Origin: Takakia lepidozioides
Taxonomy: Eukaryota; Plantae; Bryophyta
Assembly (NCBI GenBank): GCA_030704615.1
Contig: CM060732.1
Span: forward strand, 62,062,001 to 62,126,000
Length of the DNA: 64,000 bases
Direction of reading: 5' to 3'
A program made the position numbers and the translations under genes. The first letter of the stretch is position 1. Every line of letters begins with the position of its first letter. The notes beneath the pieces were generated by a model. It worked only from the letters and a program-made list of their open reading frames with translations. It searched no databases and was not told where the DNA came from. Positions 60,729 to 64,000 of the stretch are shown here, piece by piece.

Positions 60729-63640
60729 ATGGAGCCCATGGCATCAGACTGGACGGATGCGCCTCATAGCATGGGGGTATGTGGGTTCTTTACTCGTCTC
60801 CTGGGTGGGTGTTGTCTTCTGGGTGGTTATGGTGTGTGGGTTCGTTGGTAGGTGTAAGGTGATAAGCCATGCAGGGTCAAATGGATGGTGCAGACAACCA
60901 TCATGGCAGTGGAGTACAACGAGGGTGTTATACTTGGAGCCGATTCTCGCACCACCACTGGTAAGTAAACTAGTCCAGTCAGCTTGAGTTCAAGCTCCAG
61001 CGAACTGTATGTTCAAGCAAGAAGGGCCATCAAATCTGCTGGTATACTAGACTGAGTTGACTGGAGATAGTTATTGAGGATTCTAAGAACAATCACTCCT
61101 GCTTGAGCCATCATAATTCGTTGTTACTGATTGACCTCTTTGCTAGTCAGTCACTGTTTGTTACTCACTTGCAGCCCAACCCACCCATTTTGTTCCCTGA
61201 TGATTATACTAGAAACTCTGGAGGTTCTAGATGCCCGACTGGTGAGGTAGTAGTGCCACCCAGGACACGTTGAGCAACATCTGAGCTATGAGCTCCGTAA
61301 CTGCACAAGTATGTATAAACAACGAGCACCCGCGAGTCAATGTTCTTCTTTTTCTGTCCTTGAATGAAGTATGAAGCCAATAAAATTCCAGTGGTTATGA
61401 GTGCTCAAGGATGGAATGGTAAATTGCAGGAGTGTATGTGGCCAATCGAGCCTCTGACAAGATCACTCAACTCACTGACAACGCATATCTTTGCCGCTCA
61501 GGTTCGGTATGTATAAATTCTCTCTTCCCCTGCAGACCCAGGTCAAGCATTGCAACTGAATGTTTATGTGACGTGGAACTTCTAATGAGGGGTCCATCTC
61601 TCTCCCTCCCTCCCTCCTTATTGAACAGTGTTACTGGTAGTCCAGTCTCAACTGAAGGTAGAGGGCTCCCTCCTCTCTTGTACAAAGTCAAAACCAGCCC
61701 TAAAATCAACAATCAATTCCATCTGAAATCGTGTGCATCTTTGCTTGTAAAGGCAATATTGTTTCGCCTTTGAAATGCTTTGAAGGAGCCTTCCAGTTAT
61801 GTTGAGTTTGAAGCAATTGGACATTGCTGGAAGAGTAGAGTGATGGTGTGTGGTGCCTTGTGAGCATGGCAGGCAGCTGATACACAAGTGGTGTCGGATT
61901 ATGTCCGGTACTTCCTCAGTCAACACACGTAAGACAGCCTTTCTCTGCGCTCCCCTAGTAAGTTCTGAATTAATTGCCCATTGGGTAAGGCACTTAAGAT
62001 AGTCCTAGGTTCAAATCTGAATGTTTCATTTCATTATGCATTGAAGCCAGCTGCAATGAGTGTGCCACTTATCAATTAGGCACGGGATGGAAGTTCGACA
62101 ATATCAAAACCTGGGGCCGGGACATTCCTGCCTGTAATAAGATGCATGGAAGTCGGGAATCATGAGATCAGCAGTCAAACTTGAACATATTGAATTCTGT
62201 CATTGACTGTTGGACAGGATATCAACATCATCACTCTTCCCATAACCGGCTTGTGGGTGGTTCTTGGATGGGGGCATGCTGATTGTGACTTGGACTCATT
62301 GGGGCTTGCAGAATTCAGCTGGGAAGTCATGCCACTGTGAAAACTGCAGCGAATCTTGTGAGGGAGCTTTCATATCAGAATAAGGTGAACTTTCTGATCC
62401 CTTTACGGAATGCTTTCTTTTCGTGCAGTAAGAGAGTGACAGCATGTACTTTTTTACTGTTCTGTGTGTATGTCCTCTATGACTTACTCTTGGGGGCATA
62501 GATCTGGAGGGATAACCGGCTCCATGTGGAGCCAAATGCGGGATTTCTACCCACCTGCGTTTTGTAAGAATGGGCTGCAATCGCCATAGCACTTATGCAC
62601 AGACTGGTTACAGGAAGTTTTGGGTGTTGAGAAGAGAGCAATAAACAATTACCGTAACTCTCTGCAGGCAACAACAGTGAGTGAAAGTATTAGAGCAATT
62701 GCATTGTGTTACTTTCTGAAGAAGGCTGCCAAAGTCCATGGGTGATGTGCTATCCCCATCTCCTATTACACAATTAAATGGGAAAGGAGACAGAAAGGGG
62801 CCTCATTATGGAGCATGCTCCTGTCAATTCTGTCAAGCACCCTTGTAAATGAGTTTTTGTGTAAGTGGTGATGATGGCACATTCTGGATATCTGATGCTG
62901 AGGTTTTCTGGGTGCAGTCATTTCTGCAGGCGGGGTTGATAGTGGCAGGCTGGGACAAGTACGAGGGGGGCAGTGTCTATGGGGTTCCTTTGGGAGGCAC
63001 CCTGCTTCGCCTTCCATTTGCCACAGGAGGTTTGTGTTGTCTAGTCGTTCCTCAGTCATTAATGTCAGGGTGTGTTAAACCCACCGCTGTGGCTCATCAA
63101 GTAATTAGGTTGTAGGAGAAAAACTATTGGCCAACACTTAGTATAGCTGAGTGCTTCCTGGAGCCATTACTACCTACTATCACCAATATGAGGTGGGCTC
63201 TTTTTGAAGCCACTTTGTAGTGCAACTGGGTTGTATGCCATTGATTTTCCATCAGGGATTGAATGTGCCAGGCACTCGGTTTCGCAAGGCATCCATTCTA
63301 CACGATAACCTCACCTCAAATGTACACTAAACTATATAGCCCTCCAATATTGGCCATGACTGCATTCTGGGGTGGTCATTGTCGAACTAACAAGCTATCT
63401 ATTGGAAGCTCTTTAACTATAAGCTCAGTTGTTCATTAACCCAAATCAATGTAACAATACCACCATTTTCTTTCGTAAACGCATCGAATACAATTCTATT
63501 TGCTTCTTGCAACTTCTCAAATGTAAGGATCAATTAAATGTGATGAGCTGGAGGGAAGGTGTGCAGGATCGGGATCAAGCTATCTGTACGGATTTCTGGA
63601 TCAGGCTTGGAAACCCAACATGAGCAAGGAGGAGGCTGAG
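60729..63640 (+). CDS. PBA1: 20S proteasome subunit beta type-6 (beta-1), 3' end beyond window; exons approx. 60729-60776, 60894-60961, 61430-61506, 61873-61928, 62313-62383, 62917-63029, 63567-63640
   Basis: Propeptide ..DAPHSMG|[23 protein letters not shown]|[25 protein letters not shown]|[13 protein letters not shown]|...[22 protein letters not shown]|[15 protein letters not shown]. Catalytic Thr1 is present. Confidence 0.96.
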
Positions 63641-63771
63641 GTATGTTATGCTTTTTGGATCATGTCATGTACAATATCTCTGCCTGTACAAAGTTTTATT
63701 GGAAGGCTCTATCAAGTTTTGGGGCACAAGGCCAAGCAATGATGGAGATAGAAAGGCAAAGAAAGTAAAGG

Positions 63772-64000
63772 AGAGAGACTGTACTCATAAGACGTTGTTT
63801 GCCGTAGCCTTGTGGCCATTGACCCCGCGCCCTGTTTGAGCCGAACACAAAAACTACCTTTGCCAGCGGCTGATGCCGGTAGTATGACTTACACAATTCA
63901 TCTGAGTTTTCCAGATCTCCTCTAGAAATCCCTTACACAAGCATCAATCTGCTGTGTGTGGTTTAGCGTTAGTTTAGTAAAGGAGAGAGAGAATGTACTC
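63772..64000 (-). mobile_element. Two further tandem 3'-end copies of the (TC)n-tailed non-LTR family, in a PBA1 intron
   Basis: GAGAGACTGTACTCATAAGACGTTGTTTGCCGTAGCC... at 63773. A second unit starts GAGAGAGAGAATGTACTC at ~63983. Confidence 0.88.

Noticed and set aside
61975-62025. tRNA or tRNA-derived SINE (A-box and B-box-like words, GGTTCAAATC)
   Set aside because: No cloverleaf could be built and no tail or TSD is evident; too weak to call.

Overview
Eukaryotic nuclear DNA from a land plant, most likely a non-seed plant such as a bryophyte or lycophyte (inferred from gene and TE types). About two-thirds of the window is nested transposable elements. Four intron-containing host genes are present: an At3g27220-like kelch-repeat gene, a PLS-class PPR gene, a PUB62/63-like U-box gene, and proteasome subunit beta-1 (PBA1), which runs off the right edge. 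Highlights: (1) a decayed Ty3/Gypsy LTR retrotransposon (1-5345) with a DNMT3-like cytosine-5 methyltransferase domain between gag and RT and a PHD finger at the integrase C-terminus, i.e. a putative chromatin writer plus reader in one polyprotein; (2) a PPR-E-DYW editing-factor gene whose spliced N-terminus carries an OSB/PTAC9-type PDF ssDNA-binding motif and whose DYW domain is decaying, plus a related PDF/PPR pseudogene; (3) an 18.5-kb CACTA block with a TnpA-like gene spliced in frame to an FCP1/NIF-type HAD phosphatase domain, inserted into ORF1 of a full-length, TSD-flanked L1-like LINE; (4) a TTAA-flanked piggyBac-type non-autonomous element; (5) arrays of 5'-truncated non-LTR 3' ends with (TC)n tails, a Harbinger Myb/SANT element and a long hairpin. 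All calls come from manual motif reading; no database searches were run.
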